DNA of 64,000 nucleotides. It comes from Methanomassiliicoccales archaeon (lineage in GTDB: Archaea; Thermoplasmatota; Thermoplasmata; RBG-16-68-12; SOIM01). Below are positions 16,952-25,931 of the stretch, one piece after another (positions within the stretch are counted from its first letter, which is position 1; every line of letters begins with the position of its first letter). The stretch lies in contig JAUVHO010000005.1 of NCBI GenBank assembly GCA_030593295.1, positions 9,827-73,826 of the forward strand, written 5' to 3'. The notes under the pieces were generated by a model. The model saw nothing but the letters and a program-made list of their open reading frames with translations. It was not told the DNA's origin and searched no databases. A program made the translations under genes and the position numbers.

Positions 16952-18874
16952 CTAATCCAACCGGTAATGCTTATCGTAGAACTCTTGGATTTCTCCAGCC
17001 GAAGGAATCTCGCAACAGTTCCAGACACCCATGACCTCGTCCAATTCCTCGGCGCCTTCCTGCCCCTTGAACAGGTTCTCCAAGAACTCCGTCCTTTCTT
17101 TGATGTCTCTCTCGTAGAAGGCAATGAACTCCTCCACTGTGTAGTAGTTCAGTGGATTGAAGCGCTCTCCAAAGTTCGCCATCCCATGCACTTCTTCCAG
17201 TTCTTTCGGCTCCGGTATCAGGTATCCGAAAACGGGGTTCTTGATCCAGTTCTTAATCCTCCTGTGCTCGATCAGGTCCACAAGTTTCTTTGAATCCTGA
17301 ACAGCGATCTTCTCTCCCTGACCCATGTACATGATCTCTCCAGCCAGGTCCTTCTCGATCTCGCCGTTCTCCATCCTCTTCGGGATGAACTGCCCGTTCT
17401 CGTCAACCTTCTTGATTTGATCGCCATGCATATCATATTCGCCCACGAAGCCGACATTGTTGATGAAGAACACCAGCTTCCCGTCCAAGCCCAGGCCGAG
17501 GTCCGAATACATCTTCAGTTTCAACAGCGCTTGTCTTGACTGCTCACCGACCATGAAATCGGTGGCCGCATATGCTCTTACCCTCGTGCCCACCTTCTGC
17601 GCCGCGATCGCCGAGGTTATGATGCTCTCACAAGCTGAGTCCAATGCGACTGACATCGCTGGGTCAGTGACCCTGAACATCGGTTCAAGGACATCGAACC
17701 TCTTGAAGCTGAGAGATTCGGACCCAAGGTGCTTCGTCCCCCCTGAGCCCCATCCAGGATTCAGCTCGCTGAAAAGGAAGATGAACCTGCCGTTCGTGGT
17801 CCGGCTCTTCTCGTAGTATGTCGGTGTGAGGGAGCCAATCTCCTGACCTTCGATTTTCTGCGGGATTTCGACCTCGTGGTTGCCTATCTTCTTCATGACG
17901 TGCTCGACGCCTTCGCAGTCGATGTTCATTGCAAGGACTATGGGCCTCTTCCCGTCAGGACCGACTTGGGCTGATTTCATCATTCCTGGCCATTCTGGGC
18001 TTTCTGGATACAATCCTTCGGATTTTGCGAAACTTGCCGCTTCCAGTCCGATCAGTTCAACATCAGTGATCTTGCCATTCTCGATGATCGGTTTCCCGAA
18101 ACAAGCGTCATCTTGTTCAAGTTCAGGACCGACAGTAAGGGTCGTCTTGCCTGTTCCGCTCAGACCTTTCAGAACCCTGTCGGATGTGCAGCCAGCATGA
18201 TATGAGACCAATCCCTCCAGCTCCCCCTTGTTCCACACCATGGTAAGGTTCGGCTTCTTGAACGCCCCGCCGAAGTAGTCAATCCCCAGGCTCAGAACCT
18301 GACGGACATCCTTGCCCATCTCGGTCATGTCGTAGAGGGTGATGGGTTCGCTCGGGTCGTATTCGGGCCAGAACTCCTGGATCTCGTTCACGTATTCCTG
18401 AGGAAGGGGCTCTTGAATCAGATAATTCCAGCAGTGAACCTTCATCCCCTCCTTCGGCGGGAAGACCATGAGCTTGGCCATCCAGGCGATGTATGCGTTG
18501 TGAGGGTTCTCGACGCTGCATGTGAATCTCAGTCCGACCTCGTAGCCAGCCTCCCCCTGGATCCCATCCTGGACAATCACCTTGGCCGTCCTGAGATATC
18601 TCTTCGCGACCTGATAGAGCTGCTTGCCTATCTGCACGTCAAACGGCCTCTGCTTCTGACCCAGCTTGTATCCCTCGGGGACCATGTAGAACGCTCTGTC
18701 CGGTCTTCGACCCTTCTGGGTGCATGCGAAAAGGTACTGCCCATCCTTGGTGAAGACGTAGTAGGGTTTCAAGAAGTCTGTGTAAAAGTCATCATCGGGA
18801 TTGCGTACCACGTTCTCTGTTCTGAACTCAAGGCCTTCTTCGACAGTCATGAATTCGTCTTGCATTTGGACCAC
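16952..18874 (-). CDS. phosphoenolpyruvate carboxykinase (ATP)-family protein, long divergent form
   Basis: The kinase-1a motif GLSGTGKTTLT is present. GRRPDRAFYMV aligns with GRSPKDKFIV of PckA, and NAYIAWMAKLMVF aligns with the AWhALFxxNMFI region. At 640 aa it is about 100 aa longer than bacterial PckA. Confidence 0.6.
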   Translation of the reverse strand: MVQMQDEFMTVEEGLEFRTENVVRNPDDDFYTDFLKPYYVFTKDGQYLFACTQKGRRPDRAFYMVPEGYKLGQKQRPFDVQIGKQLYQVAKRYLRTAKVIVQDGIQGEAGYEVGLRFTCSVENPHNAYIAWMAKLMVFPPKEGMKVHCWNYLIQEPLPQEYVNEIQEFWPEYDPSEPITLYDMTEMGKDVRQVLSLGIDYFGGAFKKPNLTMVWNKGELEGLVSYHAGCTSDRVLKGLSGTGKTTLTVGPELEQDDACFGKPIIENGKITDVELIGLEAASFAKSEGLYPESPEWPGMMKSAQVGPDGKRPIVLAMNIDCEGVEHVMKKIGNHEVEIPQKIEGQEIGSLTPTYYEKSRTTNGRFIFLFSELNPGWGSGGTKHLGSESLSFKRFDVLEPMFRVTDPAMSVALDSACESIITSAIAAQKVGTRVRAYAATDFMVGEQSRQALLKLKMYSDLGLGLDGKLVFFINNVGFVGEYDMHGDQIKKVDENGQFIPKRMENGEIEKDLAGEIMYMGQGEKIAVQDSKKLVDLIEHRRIKNWIKNPVFGYLIPEPKELEEVHGMANFGERFNPLNYYTVEEFIAFYERDIKERTEFLENLFKGQEGAEELDEVMGVWNCCEIPSAGEIQEFYDKHYRLD

Positions 18875-18975
18875 TCTCTCGCACCCCTGAATGATGTTTA
18901 GAAATTAAAGCTATCCTTGAGTCCTCCATCACCTAAGAAAGACTTATTCCCTAATCTCCCTTTTCCAAACCGACA

Positions 18976-20118
18976 ATGGCTCTGTTGGGGTTCGTGGTCA
19001 ATCCCATAGCGGGAATGGGCGGTCGTGTTGGTCTCAAAGGTACCGATGACGTTCTCGATCAAGCACTGGAGTTGGGTGCGGAACCAATTGCTCCCCACAG
19101 GGTACAGATATTCCTGACGAAGCTTCGCTCAATAATGGAATCGAGGGGGATAGAGGAGCAGATCGAATGGCTGACTTGTGCAGGAACTATGGGCGAGAGT
19201 GATCTTAAGACGAATAAGACTGGCTCGATGACGTATGAAGTTGTCTTTTCACCCGGGGAACCTACGAGTGCTGAGGATACGAGACTGGCCTGCAAGAGAT
19301 TCCTGGAGAAGGATGTGGGTCTGATCGTTTTCTGCGGAGGAGATGGCACTGCAAGGGATATCTGGCAGACCGTAGGAGAAAAGGTGCCAATCATTGGTAT
19401 ACCGTCAGGAGTGAAGATGCACTCGGGCGTCTTTGGGATGAATCCAGAAGCAACGGCCGAGATAGTAGCGTCATTCGTATCGGGGGAACTGGACATCGCA
19501 GAAGGAGAGATATTGGACCTGGATGAAGAGAAGTATCGGCAAGGAGAGTGGCACATCAGGCTTTTCGGCACTGCAAGGACACCTCACGAACCAACCTACG
19601 TCCAGGTAAGCAAGGTCCAGGTGGAGGCGGTGGGAGAGGATGCCATCAAGGAGGAGATTGCAGAATCGATCGTTGAGGACATGGAGGATGATCCAGACAT
19701 GTTGTTCATTCTTGGTTCGGGATCTACAGTAGGCGCTGTTTCGAAGGAGCTGGGTATAGATTTCTCATTGCTTGGTGTGGACGCCGTCGTCAACAAGGAA
19801 CTCATCGCGAAGGACGTGAACGAATCGAAGCTACTGGAGCTATTGGACGAACACAAGAAGGTCAAACTGGTCATCTCACCCATCGGCGCCCAAGGCTTTA
19901 TCCTGGGCAGAGGCAACCTGCAGCTCTCACCCGAGGTCATCAAGAGAATAGGAATCGACAACATAACAATCATCTCACCGCCCGCAAAGCTCGCACAGAC
20001 ACCGATGCTCAGAGTGGACACCGGCGACAAGGAATTGGACGAGATGTTTCACGAAAAGCAGTATCTCCGTGTCGTATTCCGATACAAGACCATGAAACTG
20101 GTCAAGATTATGAAGTGA
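18976..20118 (+). CDS. ATP-NAD kinase-like protein (COG3199-type)
   Basis: LLGFVVNPIAGMGGRVGLKGTD N-terminus and the GGDG motif (FCGGDGTARDI). Confidence 0.6.
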   Translation: MALLGFVVNPIAGMGGRVGLKGTDDVLDQALELGAEPIAPHRVQIFLTKLRSIMESRGIEEQIEWLTCAGTMGESDLKTNKTGSMTYEVVFSPGEPTSAEDTRLACKRFLEKDVGLIVFCGGDGTARDIWQTVGEKVPIIGIPSGVKMHSGVFGMNPEATAEIVASFVSGELDIAEGEILDLDEEKYRQGEWHIRLFGTARTPHEPTYVQVSKVQVEAVGEDAIKEEIAESIVEDMEDDPDMLFILGSGSTVGAVSKELGIDFSLLGVDAVVNKELIAKDVNESKLLELLDEHKKVKLVISPIGAQGFILGRGNLQLSPEVIKRIGIDNITIISPPAKLAQTPMLRVDTGDKELDEMFHEKQYLRVVFRYKTMKLVKIMK

Positions 20119-20189
20119 AGTTTTTTAAGTCCTTTGACTATCCCCACGCCACAAGGGGGAAAGGAGGCGTCCGATTGACCGAAGGAAAG

Positions 20190-21224
20190 ATGAAGGCCAT
20201 ACTCAAGACAGCACCCGGCCACGGTATGACGGAGATGCAGGAGGTTCCCATACCAAAGGTCGGCCCGAACGATGCATTGGTGAAGATGGAAGCGGTCTCG
20301 ATCTGCGGCACCGACGTGCACATCTACGAATGGGATGACTGGGCCGCGAACAGGATCAAGCCGCCGTTGATTTACGGTCACGAGTTCTGTGGATTTGTGG
20401 AAGAAGTTGGCTCCAACGTCCACTGGCTGAAGAAAGGCGATCGTGTTTCAGGGGAATGTCACGTCCACTGCGGGCAGTGCTTCCAGTGCAGGACCGGAAA
20501 CGCCCACATCTGCGAAAAGATGAAGATCTTCGGAGTGGATACGGCCGGAATCTTTGCGGAATACGCATCACTTCCCGCGGCAAACCTTCTGATCAACGGA
20601 GACCTGGATGCCAAGTACTACTCAATCCAAGACCCTCTGGGAAATGCTGTCCATACGGTCTTCGCGACCGACGTGCCGGGAAATTTCGTAGCGATTCTCG
20701 GTCTAGGCCCGATAGGCCTGATGAGCGTCGCTGTCTGCAAGGCGATAGGAGCCGCGAAGGTGTTCGGCATCGGAAGGAAGAACAAGTACAGGATCAACCT
20801 GGGCAAGGAATGCGGTGCTGACTTCGCTCTGAGCTCGCTGGATGATGACGTTGAGAAGATAATCCTGGAGAACACTGAAGGAAGGGGAGTGGACGCATCC
20901 CTGGAAATGACCGGCAACCCGAACGCCATCAATATGGGAATCGACATTATGAGGCCGGGAGGAACGATAGCCCTGTTGGGAGTCTTCGCCAGTGACTGGA
21001 CGGTGAACGTATCCGAGAAGATTATCTTCAAGTACACCACCATCAAAGGCATCAACGGCAGGCTCATGTTCGACACCTGGTACAGAATGAGGGGACTGAT
21101 GGAATCTGGGAGCCTGAACCTTGACCCGATAATCACGCATGAGATGAAGTTCGATCAATTCGATGAGGGAATGGACGCGATGCGATCCGGGAATTCAGGA
21201 AAAGTAGTCTTGTATATGGAGTGA
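20190..21224 (+). CDS. tdh: L-threonine 3-dehydrogenase
   Basis: ORF 20115..21224, start at the ATG at 20190 (MKAILKTAPG). ICGTDVHIYEWDDWAANRIKPPLIYGHEFCGFVEEVG closely parallels E. coli Tdh. It lies immediately upstream of kbl. Confidence 0.85.
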   Translation: MKAILKTAPGHGMTEMQEVPIPKVGPNDALVKMEAVSICGTDVHIYEWDDWAANRIKPPLIYGHEFCGFVEEVGSNVHWLKKGDRVSGECHVHCGQCFQCRTGNAHICEKMKIFGVDTAGIFAEYASLPAANLLINGDLDAKYYSIQDPLGNAVHTVFATDVPGNFVAILGLGPIGLMSVAVCKAIGAAKVFGIGRKNKYRINLGKECGADFALSSLDDDVEKIILENTEGRGVDASLEMTGNPNAINMGIDIMRPGGTIALLGVFASDWTVNVSEKIIFKYTTIKGINGRLMFDTWYRMRGLMESGSLNLDPIITHEMKFDQFDEGMDAMRSGNSGKVVLYME

Positions 21225-21228
21225 GAAG

Positions 21229-22410
21229 ATGAGAGACCCAAGCGGATTTATGAGAACCGAATACGAGGATCTGGTAGAGAAAGGATTTGACTGGAAACTG
21301 AGGACATTGGAAGGACCTTCGGCACCGCGCTGCAAGGTGGACGGTAAGGACGTGATAATGCTATGCTCCAACAATTACCTGAACTTGAGCAATCACCCGA
21401 GGCTGGCAGCAGCGGCCAAGAAGGCCATTGACACTCACGGAGCTGGTTCAGGGTCTGTCAGGCCCATAGCTGGTAATCTGGACCTGCACATCGAGGCCGA
21501 GAAGGCCATTGCCAGGTTCAAGGGTACCGAGTCTGCGTTGACATATCAGACGGGTTTTGCCGCCAACGCCGGTCTCATTCCCCAACTTGCTGGCAAGGGC
21601 GACATAATAATCTCGGATCAGCTTAATCATGGATCCATAATTGACGGTGTAAGGCTGACGAAAGCTGACAGGGGGATTTTCGCTCACAGAGACATGGGAG
21701 AGCTTGAAAGAGTCCTCGCTGATGCGGACAAAAAGTACGAGAAGATACTCGTGGTGACCGACGGCGTTTTCTCGATGGACGGGGACATCCAGCACATGGG
21801 CGAGATACAGAAACTGGCCGATGAGGTCGGCGCGATGACGTTTGTCGATGATGCCCACGGTGAGGGCGTCATAGGTCCGGACGGGAGAGGTATCGGAGCT
21901 CACTTCGGCATCGCTGGTAAGATAGACGTTGAGATGGGCACTTTCTCCAAGGCATACGGTGTCGTGGGTGGACTGATAGCAGGTTCTCAGGACCTCGTGA
22001 ATTATGCGCTGAACAAGTCAAGGACATGGCTGTTGTCCGGTTCCCATCCTCCGGCGGTCGCCGCTGCACAGTTGGAGGCCATCAAGGTCCTGGAGGAAGA
22101 GCCGGAGCACGTGAAGAATCTGTGGGACAATACCAAGTACTTCAAGAACGAGCTAATCTCGATGGGGTACAACTGCGGTGACAGCGAGACGCCGATAACC
22201 CCGGTGATAGTTGGAGAATCCCACAAAGCCAAGGCATTGTCGGACCGTACATTCGAGCTGGGTGTTTTCGCACTGCCGATCGTCTTCCCGATGGTCGCCA
22301 GGGACGCTGCGAGGATCAGGACCATGATGAACGCTGGACTGACTAGAGAAGATCTGGACGAGGCGTTGGGAGCATTCGAGAAGGCTGGGAAGGAACTGGA
22401 AATCATCTAG
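21229..22410 (+). CDS. kbl: 2-amino-3-ketobutyrate CoA ligase (glycine C-acetyltransferase)
   Basis: An alpha-oxoamine synthase fold: NNYLNLSNHPRL, VDDAHGEGVIG and the PLP-Lys context GTFSKAYGVVGG. It forms an operon with tdh. Confidence 0.85.
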   Translation: MRDPSGFMRTEYEDLVEKGFDWKLRTLEGPSAPRCKVDGKDVIMLCSNNYLNLSNHPRLAAAAKKAIDTHGAGSGSVRPIAGNLDLHIEAEKAIARFKGTESALTYQTGFAANAGLIPQLAGKGDIIISDQLNHGSIIDGVRLTKADRGIFAHRDMGELERVLADADKKYEKILVVTDGVFSMDGDIQHMGEIQKLADEVGAMTFVDDAHGEGVIGPDGRGIGAHFGIAGKIDVEMGTFSKAYGVVGGLIAGSQDLVNYALNKSRTWLLSGSHPPAVAAAQLEAIKVLEEEPEHVKNLWDNTKYFKNELISMGYNCGDSETPITPVIVGESHKAKALSDRTFELGVFALPIVFPMVARDAARIRTMMNAGLTREDLDEALGAFEKAGKELEII

Positions 22411-22416
22411 ATGCAG

Positions 22417-22445
22417 GGTTCAGTGCGTCGTCTCCGCATCTGGCC
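22417..22445. repeat. dispersed intergenic repeat, copy 0 (internally deleted)
   Basis: ggttcagtgcg-tcgtctccgcatctggcc matches both ends of copy 1 and lacks its central ~23 nt. It starts 7 nt after the kbl stop. Confidence 0.5.
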
Positions 22446-22526
22446 GATCAGATTGCCTGAGAGGTATGAGCCGAGGTTCTAATCCTCAAGCGATTGGTAT
22501 GACTGATTATCTCCAGACAATTCTCA

Positions 22527-22760
22527 CTACTCAGTTCTGAGAACCTGCAAGATTCTAACTCCCCATAGCATTAGTCCCACAGAAAAGACCAAGAAAAGCC
22601 ATGTGAAGGCCACGAAGGGGAGACTAAAGCTGTGTCCAAGCCCGAAGTATGCTCCATACAGAATCATAGCCATGATGAACACAAGGGCTATGCCTGTGAG
22701 TACGAACAGGATGGCAAACCACATATCAGTGTCCTCAGTGCCTGAATGGGTTCCATACAT
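22527..22760 (-). CDS. small two-to-three-TM membrane protein
   Basis: 77-aa ORF, strongly hydrophobic (WFAILFVLTGIALVFIMAMILYGAYF..FVAFTWLFLVFSVGLMLWG). Confidence 0.5.
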   Translation of the reverse strand: MYGTHSGTEDTDMWFAILFVLTGIALVFIMAMILYGAYFGLGHSFSLPFVAFTWLFLVFSVGLMLWGVRILQVLRTE

Positions 22761-23014
22761 CTTGCGCCCTCCAAAGACCGCCTACGGTTCTCGCAAGCCT
22801 GACGGCAAAGTGAGAGTGTTATCGGGGAGTGGTCAAAAAGCAAACGATTCGCCGCCTTATAAGGATTTTCCAGCCTCAGAACAAGTATCTCTAAGCCAAA
22901 ACGTCATGGAGTGCTTTGGACACTGCTGTGCCAAAATTGTGCCAAAACTCTTCGAAACCGTCTGTGAAATAGAGAGATGGATGGAGAATAGGTAAAGTGG
23001 GATCCTACAATTTT

Positions 23015-23062
23015 GGTCAGTGCGATTCGAACCTCAACTTCAACTTCTCGCCTCCGCATGCC
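23015..23062. repeat. dispersed intergenic repeat, copy 1
   Basis: ggtcagtgcgattcgaacctcaacttcaacttctcgcctccgcatgcc. The minus strand carries ATG-CGG-AGG-CGA-GAA-GTT (MRRREVEVEVRI...). Confidence 0.6.
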
Positions 23063-23114
23063 TATCGCTACTTCAGTTTGTAGATGCCAATATCTCCCAA
23101 AGGATGATCATCCA

Positions 23115-23423
23115 TCAGATTGGACCTCGACAAGTGCGGCTTGGACCCTCCAGCACTTCATACGGCTTTGCACTCATATCACTGAAAGCTGGGTGGTTCT
23201 TGACTTGGGCGGCTAGGTCCCCTGCCAGAAAAGTCTCCAAAGAAGACTCGTCCTCGAACAGATAGATGCCACCAGCCTCTTTTTCTGCTTCATTCATGGT
23301 CCAGACTTTCCACTGAAGGCCTGCGATTTCTGCGAATGATTTGGCCATCTCGGCCATTGCGTTCTCGTATTCCTCCCTCGGAAGGTTGAACTTGAAGTTG
23401 ATGTATAGGATTTGCTTCGTCAT
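23115..23423 (-). CDS. YdhR-family putative monooxygenase (Dabb fold)
   Basis: [31 protein letters not shown] parallels E. coli YdhR ([31 protein letters not shown]). Confidence 0.7.
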   Translation of the reverse strand: [102 protein letters not shown]

Positions 23424-23594
23424 GGCACGTCACCTCCTCTCGCGATGCGAGCCTTGGGTATTCCTATTGCCCCTCCTCGGCGTTGAACGAAGAAAAAGCT
23501 GTCCTATTGGACAACGTTTCCTCCGTCGTTGCCTACATCGAATCGAATCTTAAATAGTTGCTTGCTTTGTGAGAGAAAGCCACTTCTAGATGTT

Positions 23595-23630
23595 ACGATT
23601 CGAACCCCAACTTCGACTTCCCGCATCTGC
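23595..23630. repeat. dispersed intergenic repeat, copy 2
   Basis: acgattcgaaccccaacttcgacttcccgcatctgc. Over the core it is about 26/28 identical to copy 1. The minus strand carries ATG-CGG-GAA-GTC-GAA-GTT (MREVEVGVRI...). Confidence 0.6.
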
Positions 23631-23676
23631 AGAATCCTTAAGATGTTCTAGAACATGGCATCATTGGTACTCTCGT

Positions 23677-24153
23677 ATGGAGGATGATTGCCACTTGGCT
23701 GAATTCCATGAGAATAAACTTGGAAGCCTCAATAGGCTTTTCAGGGAGCTGAATGTAATCGGTGTCATAGCCTTTCTTATCATCTTCGTCTACCTTCCAG
23801 TGACCACGCATTCTGCTCTCAATGGCAAACCTTACGGGTTACTAGTTACTGCGCCCTGGCTTGTTCTGGTGCTTGCATACTGGTACTGGAGGTTCAAGTA
23901 TCTGCTTGTCAGATGCAGACGGTACGCAAGGGAAGGTTTGCTTCTTGAATATGAGAGAACCCTCAAAGTGGACTCAATCAGGACCCCTTTGATGGGGGCG
24001 GCTGTCGTCTCCACTAACTTCTTCTTACTGTCTGACGGCGGTAATCTTGTTTTGTACGTGGCCCTTTTCCTGTCATACTTCCTGGTGTTGATGATGCTCA
24101 TCGGATTCAGCGGTTTCTCTTACTGGTGGAACAAGAGGCGAGATTTCAGATAA
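23677..24153 (+). CDS. four-TM membrane protein, unknown function
   Basis: ORF 23590..24153. The first 29 codons are repeat copy 2, so the likely start is the ATG at 23677 (MEDDCHLAEF). It has several hydrophobic helices. Confidence 0.45.
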   Translation: MEDDCHLAEFHENKLGSLNRLFRELNVIGVIAFLIIFVYLPVTTHSALNGKPYGLLVTAPWLVLVLAYWYWRFKYLLVRCRRYAREGLLLEYERTLKVDSIRTPLMGAAVVSTNFFLLSDGGNLVLYVALFLSYFLVLMMLIGFSGFSYWWNKRRDFR

Positions 24154-24186
24154 CAAGGTTGAGGTTCAGGATCTAGCCTCGAGAGA

Positions 24187-24225
24187 GTTTCGGGTTTCCA
24201 ATTCTCGCCTCGGCATCGACCTATG
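24187..24225. repeat. dispersed intergenic repeat, copy 3 (degenerate)
   Basis: gtttcgggtttccaattctcgcctcggcatcgacctatg. Its ttctcgcctcNgcat..cctat core matches copy 1. The minus strand carries ATG-CCG-AGG-CGA-GAA-TTG. Confidence 0.45.
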
Positions 24226-24299
24226 ATAACGGAACCTAGCGTGGAGTTCCCTTGGGAAAAGTTATTAATATCATCATATCCATTATTTCAATTGATGTA

Positions 24300-24515
24300 A
24301 TGACATCAGCACCAAAGTACACCACCATCCCCGTCCGCAAAGAGACACTGGACAAACTGAGAGGATACAAAGTGGGAGGAGCAACATACGACGACCTCAT
24401 CAACGATCTTCTGACTGTCCACCCTCCGGAGGAGTTCTTCCTTGAGCATTTGAGGCGGTTGCGAGGAGAGAAGAGACGGACTTGGGCTGAAATAAAGGAA
24501 GAGCTTGAGCTCTGA
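24300..24515 (+). CDS. putative antitoxin of a RelE/ParE-type pair
   Basis: ORF 24252..24515, with the likely start at the ATG at 24300 (MTSAPKYTTIPVRKETLDKLRGYKV...). It is small, has a charged C-terminus, and sits directly upstream of a RelE-like ORF. TTATTAATA lies at 24263-24271, about 30 nt upstream. Confidence 0.5.
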   Translation: MTSAPKYTTIPVRKETLDKLRGYKVGGATYDDLINDLLTVHPPEEFFLEHLRRLRGEKRRTWAEIKEELEL

Positions 24516-24524
24516 GGTGAGACT

Positions 24525-24794
24525 CTGCTAGACTATACAGTATTCTTCACCCACAGCGCAGAGAAGGAGTTCAGGAGCCTTCCCAGAAAGATTCAGGAGA
24601 GATTCAGTTCGACATTCAAGCTTCTGGCGAAAGATCCGCGAAGGCGAAGGCCCAAGTGCGACGTGAGGAATCTATCTGGCGTTGCGAATGCATGGCGGCT
24701 CAAGGTGGGGGACTATAGAGGGATCTATGCCATAGAGGGGGATGATGTAGTCTTTACGAGATTTGGACACAGGAAGAACGTCTATAATCCTTAG
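24525..24794 (+). CDS. RelE/ParE-family toxin, no canonical start codon
   Basis: Absent from the ORF track. My translation in the same frame as the antitoxin, after its TGA, gives (GET)LLDYTVFFTHSAEKEFRSLPRKIQERFSSTFKLLAKDPRRRRPKCDVRNLSGVANAWRLKVGDYRGIYAIEGDDVVFTRFGHRKNVYNP*. RLKVGDYRGIY and GHRKNVY are RelE/ParE hallmarks. There is no in-frame ATG, GTG or TTG before mid-gene. Confidence 0.6.
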   Translation: MLDYTVFFTHSAEKEFRSLPRKIQERFSSTFKLLAKDPRRRRPKCDVRNLSGVANAWRLKVGDYRGIYAIEGDDVVFTRFGHRKNVYNP

Positions 24795-25082
24795 GATTCA
24801 CTCCAGACTGTACATCTACTCCAATCCGTAGCGCTTGGCAAAAGAATCGACCTTGATGCTCTTCTCTCCACGAATCTTCCTTATTCTCTCGATGAACTCA
24901 GGTCGCAGCTCCAGTTCCATCAATTCCTCCTCGTAGATATGGACCACCTTTTCAATAGCTTTGGATTTGTCCTTGAGGCCATACTGGGCATGAACTTTTA
25001 CTCCGGTAAGGTTGGAAAAGCAGATGACGCTTTGCTCCGGTTTCCATCAGGTTGTTATAGGCGGATTGTGTGCAGTAATGTA

Positions 25083-25913
25083 ATGGCGGGAGAGCTCCGA
25101 ATCGACACAATGGTCAAGCTCAACAACGGAGTGGAGATGCCCCTTTTCGGCTTGGGAACCTATCAGGCCTCAAGAAAGGGGACGGAAGAAGCAGTTTTGT
25201 ACGCTTTGGAGATAGGTTACAGACTAATTGACACTGCCCAGATGTACGGAAATGAGAGGGAAGTTGGCAACGCGGTCAGAAAGAGCGGGATACCGAGAGA
25301 GGAGATCTTCGTCACGACCAAGCTGGACAATTCCAATCATGGATACGAGAGAGCCCTCACTTCCCTTGATACGAGTCTTGAGCTGATGGGTCTTTCCTAC
25401 GTTGACCTTTTCTTGATACACTGGCCTGTTGAAGATCTTCGCAATGAATCCTGGAGAGCGTTGGAGAAGTTGCTCGAGGAGGGGACCTGTCACGCAATAG
25501 GTGTAAGCAACTACATGATCGGGCACCTTCGCGGGTTATTCGAGAACTCGTCAACTGTCCCAGCGGTCAATCAGGTCGAGTTCAGCCCCTTTCTTTATCA
25601 GAAGGATCTGCTTGAATTCTGTCGTTCGAACTCCGTTCAGTTAGAGGGATATAGCCCACTTACCAAGGGAGAGAACCTTGGCGACCCTGGCCTGAGAGCG
25701 ATCGCTTCGAAGTACTCAAAGACCTCCCCACAAATCCTGCTTCGCTGGGCCCTGCAGAAAGAGATCGTCACCATACCCAAATCGACCAACGTGGAGAGGC
25801 TCCGGGAGAACGCGGATATCTTCGATTTTGAGATCTCGCATGAAGACATGGCGGCGCTCGATAGTTTTAATATCGACCTAAGAACTAGCTGGGACCCGTC
25901 AACGGCACCGTAG
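25083..25913 (+). CDS. aldo/keto reductase (2,5-diketo-D-gluconate reductase-like)
   Basis: ORF 24939..25913, starting at the ATG at 25083 or 25110 (MVKLNNGVEMPLFGLGTYQ). Motifs seen: GYRLIDTAQMYGNEREVG, LFLIHWP, IGVSNY. Confidence 0.85.
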   Translation: MAGELRIDTMVKLNNGVEMPLFGLGTYQASRKGTEEAVLYALEIGYRLIDTAQMYGNEREVGNAVRKSGIPREEIFVTTKLDNSNHGYERALTSLDTSLELMGLSYVDLFLIHWPVEDLRNESWRALEKLLEEGTCHAIGVSNYMIGHLRGLFENSSTVPAVNQVEFSPFLYQKDLLEFCRSNSVQLEGYSPLTKGENLGDPGLRAIASKYSKTSPQILLRWALQKEIVTIPKSTNVERLRENADIFDFEISHEDMAALDSFNIDLRTSWDPSTAP

Positions 25914-25931
25914 TGCCGAGGAGTGTTGGAC

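Noticed and set aside
22473-22487. T-loop-like GAGGTTCTAATCCTC suggesting a plus-strand tRNA after kbl
   Set aside because: It forms only a 4-bp stem. The flanking sequence gives no acceptor pairing (AAGCGAT has no ATCGCTT partner) and no other arms.
22417-24225. Integron-like attC sites separating gene cassettes
   Set aside because: The repeats are strand-asymmetric (pyrimidine-rich on the plus strand) and not self-complementary. They therefore lack the R''-L''/L'-R' imperfect-palindrome structure of attC, and no integron integrase is present.
24816-24947. Short minus-strand ORF (VVHIYEEELMELELRPEFIERIRKIRGEKSIKVDSFAKRYGLE) that looks like an antitoxin C-terminus, convergent with the RelE gene
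   Set aside because: It is only 34-44 codons depending on the start, with no clear promoter and no partner. It could be a remnant, and the support is too weak to annotate.
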